DNA from: a virus
DNA length: 64,000 nucleotides
Direction: 5' to 3' (one strand)
IMG/VR virus record: IMGVR_UViG_3300025000_000065
Coordinates: 1-64,000 of that record
Each line of letters begins with the position of its first letter. Positions within the stretch are counted from its first letter, which is position 1. The translations under genes were made by a program, and so were the position numbers. The notes beneath the pieces were generated by a model. The model saw nothing but the letters and a program-made list of their open reading frames with translations. It was not told the origin of the DNA and ran no database searches. Below are positions 23,601-34,137 of this stretch, piece after piece.

Positions 23601-24969
23601 AGAATAACTTGCGGTTATCGCTGGATGGTTATGGATGACAGAACACATGAATTCATTGTATATGAAAGAAAACCATACCAAAAAAATACTTATATAATTG
23701 GTCAAACTAAAGATGAAGATTTAGCATATGAATTTTTGACTACTAATATATGAAAGGAAAACGGATGGGATTGTTTACTTATGTTATTATTCCCGATGTT
23801 CTTTTGCCAAAAAAATATCAAGGATTTAATGAATGGCAAACTTATCAAATTGTAAAAAGAGAAATGGGAAAGATAGAAGTTTTAAATGATGGAACAATGG
23901 TTTATAATAAGAATGAATTTTATTCTGGAAACAATGAGATTTTTAAATTGACAAATAATAATTCTAATGGAAATGAGATTGTAAATATTGTGGCAAGCAA
24001 CGGAATGGATGTTAATTCTAAAAAGCATAAATTTATATTTGCCAAAATGAAAATTGAAAATTCTAAAGTAATAGAAGTATTTGATTTTGTAAAAAAATAA
24101 AAAGGAGAATAGTATGGTTAAAATATTTAATATAAAAAATTTTTCAATTATGTTATGGATCGATTTATTTTTTTATGATGATTTTAGTTTTTATTTTTAT
24201 TTACTTCCAACAATACAGTTATCGGGATCAAAATATGTTTCCAGGGCATCAATTCAATGGTTATTTTTTGAAATAGAAATAAGTTATTTTTTTGATAATA
24301 GAAATTAAATAAAACCGTTATTTTATTAGAAAAGGAGACTTAATTTATGACAAGTATGCTTGGAGCGTTTTTATTGATGTTGTTTGGAATTATAATTAGT
24401 GGAATGAAAAAAAAAGTAAAATAACAGAAAAGGAGAAATAAAAACATGAAATTAAACCCATTTGGTAATAACAAAAATAAACAGTTGGTCAAACAATTAC
24501 AAGAACTTAAAGCAGAAATTTTGAGAAATTCTTTGATCCCAAGAATTCGTTATCAGGGTTTTATTGTTAGAGATAGGAAAACCAAACAAGCTTTAGGTGG
24601 AAAAAATATTTCTGGATTTTTTGTTTATTTAGATAAAGAATTGGCTCAACAACAATTAGATAGTATAATGAAATCATCTAAAGAAAAATATGAAGTTTTT
24701 CCCGTAGATGTTGTTTATACCGAAGAAAGACAGGAACAATGAGAATTATATTTTATGATCAAAAAGAAGACGATAACAGTGAAATGACAATTGATCAGCT
24801 AATCCAATATTTACAAGTGATCAAATTAGAATGGGGAGGCGAGTGCATTATGGGACTTCCTCAAGAATTTCAAGATGATGATGGAGAAACAGTAAGATGG
24901 AATGCTTCAATTAGCAACATTGAAATTGAAACTTCATTACCTGATAAAACGGAAATTTTATTATATTGA
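20610..24969 (+). other. About fourteen small hypothetical CDS, several acidic (e.g. 20903-21289, 21276-21719, 21741-21983, 22029-22442, 22506-22811)
   Basis: ORF track, RBSs, tight packing. Confidence 0.65.
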
Positions 24970-24985
24970 AAGGAATATAAAAATA

Positions 24986-26056
24986 ATGGATAGAAAATTA
25001 GCCAGTGTTCAAAAAATTATTGATATTTCTCCAATAGAAGGAGCAGATAGAATTGAAGTTGCTACTGTTCTAGGTTGGAAATGTGTTGTTGCTAAAAAAG
25101 ATAATTTTAATGTTGGGGATCTTATAGTTTATTTTGAAATTGATTCCATTCTTCCAGATCTTCCCATGTTTGAATTTATGAAGGACAGAAAATATAAAGT
25201 AAAAACTATTAAATTACGAAAACAAATTAGTCAAGGATTAGTGATGCCGTTATCAATTCTTCCAGATAAAAATTGGAAAGAAGGAGATGATGTAACAAAC
25301 GTTTTAAGAGTTACAAAACATGATCCTCAAGCAGAACAGGAAGAACGAGAAACTAACATTAAAAAAAGTCAATTAGAAAGATGGCTTCGTAAACAGAAAT
25401 GGTATAGAAAATTATTTCCTAAAAAAAGAAGTGGTTTTCCTAATTGGATTAAGAAAACAGACGAAGATAGAATTCAATTATTTCCAAATTATTATTATCA
25501 TTGGAAAGATTTAAAATTTATTGTTACCGAAAAGGTTGATGGACAATCTTTAACTGTTTTTATTGTAAAAAATAAAAAACTTTTTTTCCGAAATAATATA
25601 GAATTTGGAGTTTGCAGTAGAAACTTAAAATTAAATAAACCGAATAACAGTTCCTGGTGGACAGTTGCCAAATATGCAAGATTAAAAGAAAAATTACTAC
25701 AAATTCCATTTAGTAAAACCATTGTTCTTCAAGGAGAAATTTTAGGACAGGGAATTCAGGGAAATAAATATAAGATCAGCGGATATAAGTTATATATTTT
25801 CAATTTAATTGTTGATGGGAAAATCATTGATAGCATTGCTGCAAAAGAAATTCTGGATAAATTAAATCTCAAATTTGTTCCCATTTTAGAAAAAGATTTT
25901 TCTTTATTTCCTACAATGCAGGAAATGGTTGATTACGCAAAAGGAAAGAGTGTATTATTCGATACTCTAAGAGAGGGATTGGTTCTTAGGAATTATGAAA
26001 ACAATATTAGTTTTAAGGTTATTAATCCTGAATTTCTTTTGAAAAACGATGTATAA
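24986..26056 (+). CDS. RNA ligase, Rnl2/DRB0094-like, with N-terminal OB domain
   Basis: MDRKLASVQKI...IEGADRIE start; nucleotidyltransferase motifs TEKVDG, LQGE, EGLV, FKVIN; start 24986 after GAAAGGA (ORF track 24902). Confidence 0.88.
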   Translation: MDRKLASVQKIIDISPIEGADRIEVATVLGWKCVVAKKDNFNVGDLIVYFEIDSILPDLPMFEFMKDRKYKVKTIKLRKQISQGLVMPLSILPDKNWKEGDDVTNVLRVTKHDPQAEQEERETNIKKSQLERWLRKQKWYRKLFPKKRSGFPNWIKKTDEDRIQLFPNYYYHWKDLKFIVTEKVDGQSLTVFIVKNKKLFFRNNIEFGVCSRNLKLNKPNNSSWWTVAKYARLKEKLLQIPFSKTIVLQGEILGQGIQGNKYKISGYKLYIFNLIVDGKIIDSIAAKEILDKLNLKFVPILEKDFSLFPTMQEMVDYAKGKSVLFDTLREGLVLRNYENNISFKVINPEFLLKNDV

Positions 26057-26095
26057 TAAAACGATGATTTTATTTGGAAAAAGTGTGAATTAAAA

Positions 26096-27419
26096 ATGAC
26101 AAAAATAAAAGATGTAACTAATAATGTAGTTTTTGGAAACAACGATGATGAAGCCTTACCAGTATTGAAATGTGTTTGTGGTCATAGATTTCAATCTTGG
26201 GATTTTATTATCAGTGTGTATGAAGAAGATCCATATCAATGTCCTAAATGTAGTGCTAAATTATTTTTTGGAAGTTCAATTACAGTTTATCAAATCGAAG
26301 AGGAAGAATGAAAAAACTCGAAGATGAAGAATTATATAAAAAATTAAATACAATAAGAACTCATCTAATTGTTCTTTTATCACAATATCAACCATATCAA
26401 TATAGAAGATTGATAGAGTGTTTAGATATTCTTTGTGATATAATGGAATTAGATCCAAATAAGAATTATGAATCGGATTAAATAAAAGGATTATTTTATT
26501 ATGATAAAAAAAGATGATGCAAAAAAAATAATTATAGAATATTATTATGTTTATGATTCTTGTTATAGGGGAAATGTTGGTAGTGAACATGATGGTTTTC
26601 CAAGAGGAAGTGGTATATATAATACTTTTAAAAAATCAAATGCACAAAGAATGGTTGATATAATGAATGTTGTTGCGGAAAAAGAAAATAAATTAAAATT
26701 ACAAATTGGAAAAGAAAGCATAATGTTAGACGCCTTGAACATTGAAAATATGTCTGATGAAGAAATTATAAAATGGGTAAAAAATAAATAAAAAAATTTT
26801 TATTATAAAAAGAGGATAAATAAAATGGAAGAAACTATTGTAGAAACAAAAATTTATAAATCAAGATTGGCTTCTCACTCTGACACAGAAGAACATATTT
26901 TATTAACCACTAATTCTAACAATGTTGATAATGATTTTTTAATTGTATGTACATCTGAAACAATACCATCATTAATAGAACTTTCTGATAAATTAAGAAA
27001 TCATGATTGGACATTTGAAATGTCAGATGATCATCGATATTGGAGTGCTGGAAATGCCGAAATGAATACAATACGTGGTCAAATTCTTCAATATGGAACT
27101 GGTGGAAAAAAATTATTGGATTTCTTTTATCCAGAGAATAATAGCGGTTGCCATAGTAAAAATAGTTATCTTTAAAAGCAAAAAATATAGATAAGGAGAA
27201 ATGATGGATAGATCAACATTTTGGACTGGATATTTTGTTTATGCTGTAATTCAAGGAATGATAATTATGGCTAGATTAGTAAAATTGATTGAAATATCTT
27301 GGTGGTTAGTTTTTATTCCAACTATTTTAATATTTCTTAGTGCGTTTGTTTTTTTAGTTTATCTTAGTTTTGTTTATAATTTAAGAATCGAAAAAGACGA
27401 TAAAGAAAGTAGGGTATGA
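26096..27419 (+). other. Five small hypothetical CDS (26096-26311 Zn ribbon, 26308-26481, 26501-26791, 26825-27175, 27201-27419 membrane)
   Basis: ORF track plus manual translation of 26308-26481. Confidence 0.6.
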
Positions 27420-30100
27420 TGAACGTAACCAATATTGTAGTGGATGAATTGCCGGAATATGGTTGTGATGATTGCCAAATTAGAAAACCATCTATATCTA
27501 GAAGCGGTTACGATATTTTTATGTGTTCTGCTGTTAATGAAGATGTAACAGAGCATACTGAGAATGCTACACGTCCCTCATGGTGTCCCCTGGTTGTTGA
27601 GGTTCCCGAAGTGTGCGAGTGGAAAAAGGAAGATAAAGCGACTAATGGGAATTATGATATTTATGTATCACCACATTATCCATACATTTATGTATCAAGT
27701 ATAGATCACAATATTCCAACTTTTTGTAGAGATTGTGGCAAGCGTATCAAGTATGTGGAGGAGGAGTGATGGATATAGAACAAATTGTATGGGACGAAAG
27801 AAAAATAAAACTTATTGAAAAGCAATTAGGAGAAGGATCTGTTTCATATGAAGTTGGAAGAGTTTATACAAAAATCGTTGCATATTGGGAAGTTGTTCCG
27901 TGGATTGCAGTTTATAAGGGTGATGAAATATTCGCTAGAATGGACGCTACAAACTGCGTGATCATTTACGCAGAAAAAGAAAGTGAGGAGTGATGAGCAC
28001 AAATAGCGACCCGATGGTCAAATGTTCTATATGTGGTTTTCTTTATTATCACTATACAAATATAGTATGTCCTCGTTGTAACTTCGATAACCAAAATATT
28101 TCGCAAAACGAATCATTAGACGCTCTCACCGCTACCATAGCGCAACGTGATGCGGAGATTGAAAGGCTGAGGGGAGTGTTGAAAGAGATAGCAACACATG
28201 ACTTAGATGTGTGGGCATGTGAGATTTGTAGGATTGCACAACAAGCATTGGAGGATGTGAATGATGAATAAGTTTACAAAAGCATGGTTAGATGCAAACA
28301 AGAATAATTTCGGAGAGCAATTACCAAATGAAGCTGAATTACAAGAACAGATAAACAATAAGGATGCGGAGATTGAGAGGTTGAGGGAAGCGTTGAAGGA
28401 AATATGGGATCTAACTCACAATAAACAAAAAATTAGATTGATAGACGCTCTCATTGAGATTGATATTGTTATAAAACAAGCCATAGAAGAGGTGAACAAT
28501 GACTAACAAAATAATGTGTGTGCTTATGGAATGGAACGGAGGGGATACCCTTATTGTCAGAGTAGAGGATTGGAAAGATTTTGTTACAGAAATAGACTGC
28601 CTTCTTATTGATGGTGAAGCAGGCGATACGTTTTCTATTACATTAATGGAGAACAGTGAAAAAGAACTTGACAATTTACCAGAATTTGAAGGGTGGTGAA
28701 CAATGACTGAATTTATTATGAAACATCAATTTGAAATTGGGTATCTTCTAGGTGTTGCAACAACTTTGATAATTACTTATTTAGTTTAGGAGGAATAATG
28801 ATTGAATTTACGAAAGAATGGATTGAGGAACAAAAAAAATTGCTAAACCGTATCTCTCCACTTCCGTGGAAAGCCTGTGATTGTGGAAAGTGTGGTCAAG
28901 TATCAAACAAAATTGATTGTGTTGCTAAAGCAACCATTGGTGATTGGGGTGATGATTACCCTTCCATAAGACGTATAGGAGGTTCAATCGAGGGGAGATT
29001 TGAAACGTACATGGAGCAAATAACTTATGGTTCTGTGTCAAAGGACGAAGGAATAGCGAACGCAAAATATATTGCCGAAGCCTGTAATAACTATCCGAAA
29101 GCCATTGACGAAATCCTACGTCTCCAATCACGTGTGCAGGAACTGGAAGAATCCTTGCATGACCAGATTAAAGAAGACGCTGATCGAATAGCCTACCGAG
29201 ATAAACGCATAGTAGAACTGGAAGCTGAGTTAATGTTCTATCAAATGGAATGCCCTGACCTTATTGGAAGATACCAACCACAAAAGGAGGAATGATGTTA
29301 AGAAGATGGTTAATGAATATTAGATGGGCTATCATCAAATTAATTGCTGGTAATAACACAATAATAATAAATTGTACTTTTCAATGTGATGGGCTAAAAG
29401 AAGGATGGAGTATTAGTAATCCAAATAATCCAGAAAGAAGTCTTGTTTTATATGGCAGAAAATTACAGGAAAGTGAGGAATGCCGATGAGTGAATTTCCA
29501 ATGAAATTAATTGGTAAAGAATTGCCTATCAGTATTGTGTATCAATATGAGGATGAAATACCAGAGAACATAAATGACATAATTTATAGCGCTATGTTTA
29601 AGTCAAGTTATGTTGATTTTTGTCGCATATTTCCAGTGTTAAAAATTAATGGTAGATACTTTTATCTTATTGAACAATGTGATGCAATCAATGACGGTGA
29701 ATAATGGTCATATTAACAAGAGTTGAATTTGTTATGATATTGTTTGGATTTTTCTTGGCTGGATATTGGTTAAAATATGTTTTGGAGAATAGGAGAAAAT
29801 AATGACTCATTTCTGGATTGGATTCATTTGTTTTGTTGTTGGCGTGATTGTAGGTTGTGTTGTCATATTTAGTGTTTCATTATATGTTGCGACTAGAAAT
29901 GAAGATAAGATATTTATTGATAGAGAGTAATGATGAAAGTTATCAAATCGATTATTCATTTTTTGAAGTGCCACTATGGTTATCACGAATTTATGAACAA
30001 TGTTCCTGTTTGTACTTGGTGCAGATATAATGCTCATGCATTAAGTGGTGGAAAATTTAGAAAAAAACTATGGCTATCAGATTTCAGAAAGAGAAGGTGA
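27416..30100 (+). other. GC-richer block of translationally coupled small hypothetical CDS, probably imported
   Basis: More G/C codons, GGAGGAGTGATG stop/start overlaps, Zn-finger and coiled-coil ORFs. Confidence 0.6.
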
Positions 30101-30373
30101 ATGATGTTTTGGATTGGATTGTATATTTTGCTTATAGTATTATTCGTGTTGTAGTGGAGAGCAACATATTATCGGACGCCAGACGAAGAAGCTCTTGATA
30201 TTAAGAAAGAAACCAAATATTGGAGAAAAGAAACAATACGAAAAAGGGAATTTGATAAAGATTGGAAAGAATATGTAAAGCGTATGAAAATTATATTGTA
30301 TGGCAATGGCAATTCACTTAAGTCAAAAAGTATAATAAACGCTAATTGTAAAATAGATAAGGAGATAAAATGA
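30101..30373 (+). pseudogene. Membrane-anchored ORF interrupted by one in-frame TAG
   Basis: MMFWIGLYILLIVLFVL*WRATYYRTPDEE...; TAG at 30152-30154; frame continues to a TGA overlapping the next ATG. Confidence 0.55.
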
Positions 30374-30522
30374 AAAAAGTATTTGCACTGTTATTGACGT
30401 TAGTCATGTTGGTCAGCATCTTTTCAGATGTGTCAGCAGGTGGGGATAAGGTTCGTGGCGATAAGGGTACTGGTGATGTTAATCAGCACCAGGTAATGAA
30501 TCCTCCACCATTCCAACCATAA
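30370..30522 (+). CDS. 50-aa secreted peptide precursor
   Basis: MKKVFALLLTLVMLVSIFSDVSA|GGDKVRGDKGTGDVNQHQVMNPPPFQP; AAGGAG RBS; signal peptide with VSA cleavage site; below ORF-track cutoff. Confidence 0.75.
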   Translation: MKKVFALLLTLVMLVSIFSDVSAGGDKVRGDKGTGDVNQHQVMNPPPFQP

Positions 30523-30546
30523 ATTTTGTATTTCAAAAGGTAAAAT

Positions 30547-30581
30547 AAAAACCCTTGATGGGTCTGGCATTAAGGGTTTTT
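30547..30581 (+). terminator. Intrinsic terminator
   Basis: AAAACCCTTGATG...CATTAAGGGTTTTT. Confidence 0.7.
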
Positions 30582-30640
30582 AGGAAGTATATATAGTGTT
30601 TGTCTTGTATCTAAACATTGAGTCAGAACAATAAAAAAAA

Positions 30641-31217
30641 ATGAATAAAATGATTATTTTATTAGGAGAAATAATGCCAAATCAAGATGTTATTGATAGA
30701 TATTTTAAATATAAAACAGAAGGGTATGAGATTGATCAAGATTATATTCAATATAGAACATCAATAGATAATAATTCATTCGGATCAATTTGTATCGAAG
30801 TTCTTGAAAAAGATAAACCCATTCATACTTCATTGAAATTATGGTTTGATAGAAAAACAAGTCTTGATATAATAAATAAATTAATTAAATGTTTAGCTGA
30901 TTATCCAGAAGATCAAAAAGCTAGAATTCAAAATGGTTTTGATTGTTCTTGTAAAACACGAATCGAGCATGAAGCCAAATAATAAAAAATAAACAACTAC
31001 ACGAAAAATAAACAAGGAGTAAAAATTGGTTAAAAAAACTACCACCAGTATTGTCCTAAAAAAAGTACAGAAAAATCCAGAAATCTTAAAGCAAGCAATT
31101 GAAAATTTATCTTTGGCAGTCAATATTTTAGAGTTTATAGGATCAGAGAATATTGCGTATAGAAAAACAATTAAGAAAATCGTTGAAGATTGGGATGAAT
31201 GGATGGTAGAAAAATAA
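30641..31217 (+). other. Two hypothetical CDS (30641-30982, 31026-31217)
   Basis: ORF track, AGGAG RBSs. Confidence 0.6.
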
Positions 31218-31446
31218 AATGTAGAATCAAATTATATTTATAGAAAAAAATAATTTAACTAATTTATTAGAAGAAAATATTAACACACTAAAGGGTTTGT
31301 TAAAATCTGAGATAATGTTTATAGATAATTTAAAAAATTTAAATAAATATTTATTGTGTAAAGGAAATTGTGGCACAATATTTTTTGGAATTGGTAAAAT
31401 TAATATTGAATAAAAAACGACTTTATTATTAAATAAAAATTGCCTA

Positions 31447-31475
31447 TTGACAAATCCAATAATATTTCGTATTAT
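31447..31475 (+). promoter_or_regulatory. Sigma70-type promoter
   Basis: TTGACA-17-TATTAT. Confidence 0.65.
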
Positions 31476-31525
31476 ATTAGAGTAAGTATAAAAAACATAT
31501 AAAATAAGAAAGGATAAAGTAAAAA

Positions 31526-33574
31526 ATGAAGTTTAAAGAATTTAAAGAAATTATGCAACAAAATTTCAAAAATCTAACAAAAAATACAAATCAATTATTT
31601 GAAGTGTCTTTAGATAAAGACGAGTTATGGAATTTATATTTAGATAGCTTTCTTCCTGGAACAAATGAAATTTATAGAGAAAGACGGGAATATGATTGTT
31701 CTTGTTGTAAACAATTCATTAGAGCAATTGGAAATGCTGTGTGCATTGACGAAAACAATAAAATTCAAACCATTTGGGATTTTGAAACAAATGATCTAGT
31801 GTTTCAAATTGTTATTGATGCCTTATCTAAACATATAAGATCAAAGCCTGTAACTGATATTTATTTTTCTCAATATGCAAAAATTGGAACAGATAAAAAT
31901 TACGAAGAATTAAAAAATGGAATAGTTCATGAATGGGATCATTTTTATTTGGAATTACCGAATAATTTTGTGAATCGATCTGGTAAAACCGAGGGAGACG
32001 TAAAGGGTTCATATCGAGATATCAAAAGTGTTTTTCAACGATCTCTTAATGAAATCAGTAAAGAAAGTGTTTTAACTGTATTGGAGTTGATTTCTCAGAA
32101 TTCCTTATATAAAGGAGAAGAGTGGAAGTCGGTTTTAGAAAAATTTTTAACATTGAAAAAAGAATATGAAAAATTAAATACTGATACAGAAAAAAATAAT
32201 TATGCTTGGACAAAATCTATTGATGTTGGAAGTGTCATTGGAAAAATTAGAAATCACAGCATTGGAACTCTTTTAGTTGATATTAGTGAAAATATGGATT
32301 TAGATCAAGCAGTTAGACGGTATGAACAAATTGTTGCTCCAACAAATTATAAAAGACCTAAAGCAATTTTTACCAAACAAATGTTAGAAGATGCAAAAAA
32401 AGAAATTGAGAAATTAGGTTATTTAGAATCTTTAAATCGCAGATATGCAAATTTAGATGACATTACTGTAAACAATATTTTATTTTCTAATAAAGATGCT
32501 TCTAAAAGAATCTCTGGAAATGTTTTTGATGACTTAGTTTCTGATGTGGTTATTAGTCCAAAAAAGTTTTCAAAAATAGAAGAAGTTCCCGTAAATGATT
32601 TTATTGAAAATGTTTTGCCAACAGCCAGAGAAATAGAAGTATTCTTTAAGAATAAGCATTCTCCTAATCTTGTGTCATTGATTGCTCCAGAAAATAAAAA
32701 ATCACCTTCAATGTTTAAATGGGATAATTCTTTTGGATGGGCATATTCTGGAAACATTACTGATAGTTCAATGAAAGAAAGAGTTAAATCTGCTGGTGGG
32801 AATGTAGAAGGAGTCCTGCGATTTTCAATTCAATGGAACGATACTCCGAATTCTCATGATAAAAATGATCTGGATGCTCATTGTCATGAACCACACGGCA
32901 ACGTCATATCTTTTAGAAACATGAGCAATTATCGTACAACTGGAGTTTTGGATGTAGACATTAGGTTTCCGAATGAGGGAAGTCCTGCTGTTGAGAATAT
33001 TACATGGTCTAATTTATCTAAAATGGAAAATGGAAAATATGAATTTTTAGTTCATAATTTTGCCAACCGAGGAGGAAAAAACGGATTTAAAGCAGAAATA
33101 GAGTTTGAAGGAAATATTTATTCTTTTGAATATAATAAAGAATTACGACAGGAAGAAAAAGTTTTAGTGGCATATGTGCATCTTGAAAATGGATTATTTA
33201 GAATTGAAGAAAAAATTCCATCTAATTTATCGTCAAAACAGGTATGGAACATAAAAACCAATCAGTTTATTCCAGTTTCCGTTATTATGTTTTCACCTAA
33301 CTATTGGGATCAACAAAATGGAATTGGTCATCGTCATTACTTTTTCATGCTTAAAGATTGTGTAAATTCTGAATCTCCTCATGGATTCTATAATGAATTT
33401 TTGAAAGAAGATTTGATGAAACATAAAAGAGTTTTTGAAGCTCTTGGTGGAAAAATGTCCGTAAGAGAAATTAATGATCAATTATCGGGATTAGGATTTT
33501 CATCAACAAAAAGAAACGAACTGATTGTAAAAATTAAAAATCAATCAGAGAGAATATTAAAAATTAAATTTTAA
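31526..33574 (+). CDS. Large phage protein of unknown function with DUF2135/YfaP-like C-terminal region
   Basis: 682 aa; EYDCSCCKQF, DLDAHC, LDVD and VENITW motifs. Confidence 0.6.
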   Translation: MKFKEFKEIMQQNFKNLTKNTNQLFEVSLDKDELWNLYLDSFLPGTNEIYRERREYDCSCCKQFIRAIGNAVCIDENNKIQTIWDFETNDLVFQIVIDALSKHIRSKPVTDIYFSQYAKIGTDKNYEELKNGIVHEWDHFYLELPNNFVNRSGKTEGDVKGSYRDIKSVFQRSLNEISKESVLTVLELISQNSLYKGEEWKSVLEKFLTLKKEYEKLNTDTEKNNYAWTKSIDVGSVIGKIRNHSIGTLLVDISENMDLDQAVRRYEQIVAPTNYKRPKAIFTKQMLEDAKKEIEKLGYLESLNRRYANLDDITVNNILFSNKDASKRISGNVFDDLVSDVVISPKKFSKIEEVPVNDFIENVLPTAREIEVFFKNKHSPNLVSLIAPENKKSPSMFKWDNSFGWAYSGNITDSSMKERVKSAGGNVEGVLRFSIQWNDTPNSHDKNDLDAHCHEPHGNVISFRNMSNYRTTGVLDVDIRFPNEGSPAVENITWSNLSKMENGKYEFLVHNFANRGGKNGFKAEIEFEGNIYSFEYNKELRQEEKVLVAYVHLENGLFRIEEKIPSNLSSKQVWNIKTNQFIPVSVIMFSPNYWDQQNGIGHRHYFFMLKDCVNSESPHGFYNEFLKEDLMKHKRVFEALGGKMSVREINDQLSGLGFSSTKRNELIVKIKNQSERILKIKF

Positions 33575-33587
33575 AAGGAGATAAAAA

Positions 33588-33983
33588 ATGAGTACAAATA
33601 ATAATCAAATGTTTGAAGTAGCAAGTCGTATGAAATTTCGGTTTCAATTTATGGGAGTTTTATCAGTAGAAGATTTATGGGATTTGCCATTAACTTCTTT
33701 AGACAAAATTTTTAAAGAATTAAACTCTCAGGTAAAGCAATCACAAGAAGAAAGTTTGCTTGAAACAAGAACAAAGAGCGATGAAGAATTAGAACACAAA
33801 ATTGAAATTATAAAACATATTGTGTCAGTTCGATTAGAAGAAAACGAAAAGAAACGAAGAGCAAAAGAACGCAAACAACAAAAAGAAAAAATCATGGAAA
33901 TCATGGCAAATAAACAAGATGAAAGTTTGCAGAGTAAATCTTTGGAAGAATTGTCTTCTATGCTCAACGAATTAGAAGGATAA
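33588..33983 (+). CDS. Coiled-coil phage protein, co-transcribed with the upstream gene
   Basis: KFRF...LSVEDLWDLPL motif; AAGGAG RBS. Confidence 0.65.
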   Translation: MSTNNNQMFEVASRMKFRFQFMGVLSVEDLWDLPLTSLDKIFKELNSQVKQSQEESLLETRTKSDEELEHKIEIIKHIVSVRLEENEKKRRAKERKQQKEKIMEIMANKQDESLQSKSLEELSSMLNELEG

Positions 33984-34002
33984 GAAACAATATAATAAAA
34001 AA

Positions 34003-34038
34003 TAAATAGAATCAGACTAATCTCTGATTCTATTTATT
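34003..34038 (+). terminator. Intrinsic terminator
   Basis: AATAAATAGAATCAGA-loop-TCTGATTCTATTTATT. Confidence 0.7.
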
Positions 34039-34137
34039 AAATAAAAGAACGATTTTATTATAAATTCCTTATTGACTTTATTTTATATTAATGCTAAAAT
34101 CTTTATATAAAAATAATTAAATGAAAGGAAAAATATT

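Noticed and set aside
30152-30154. TAG stop-codon reassignment in the genome
   Set aside because: Long genes are intact in code 11 and several genes end in TAG.
26787-31428. Palindrome-like sites at 26787 and 31409
   Set aside because: Spacer is not 6 bp or the arm is shifted; excluded from the count.
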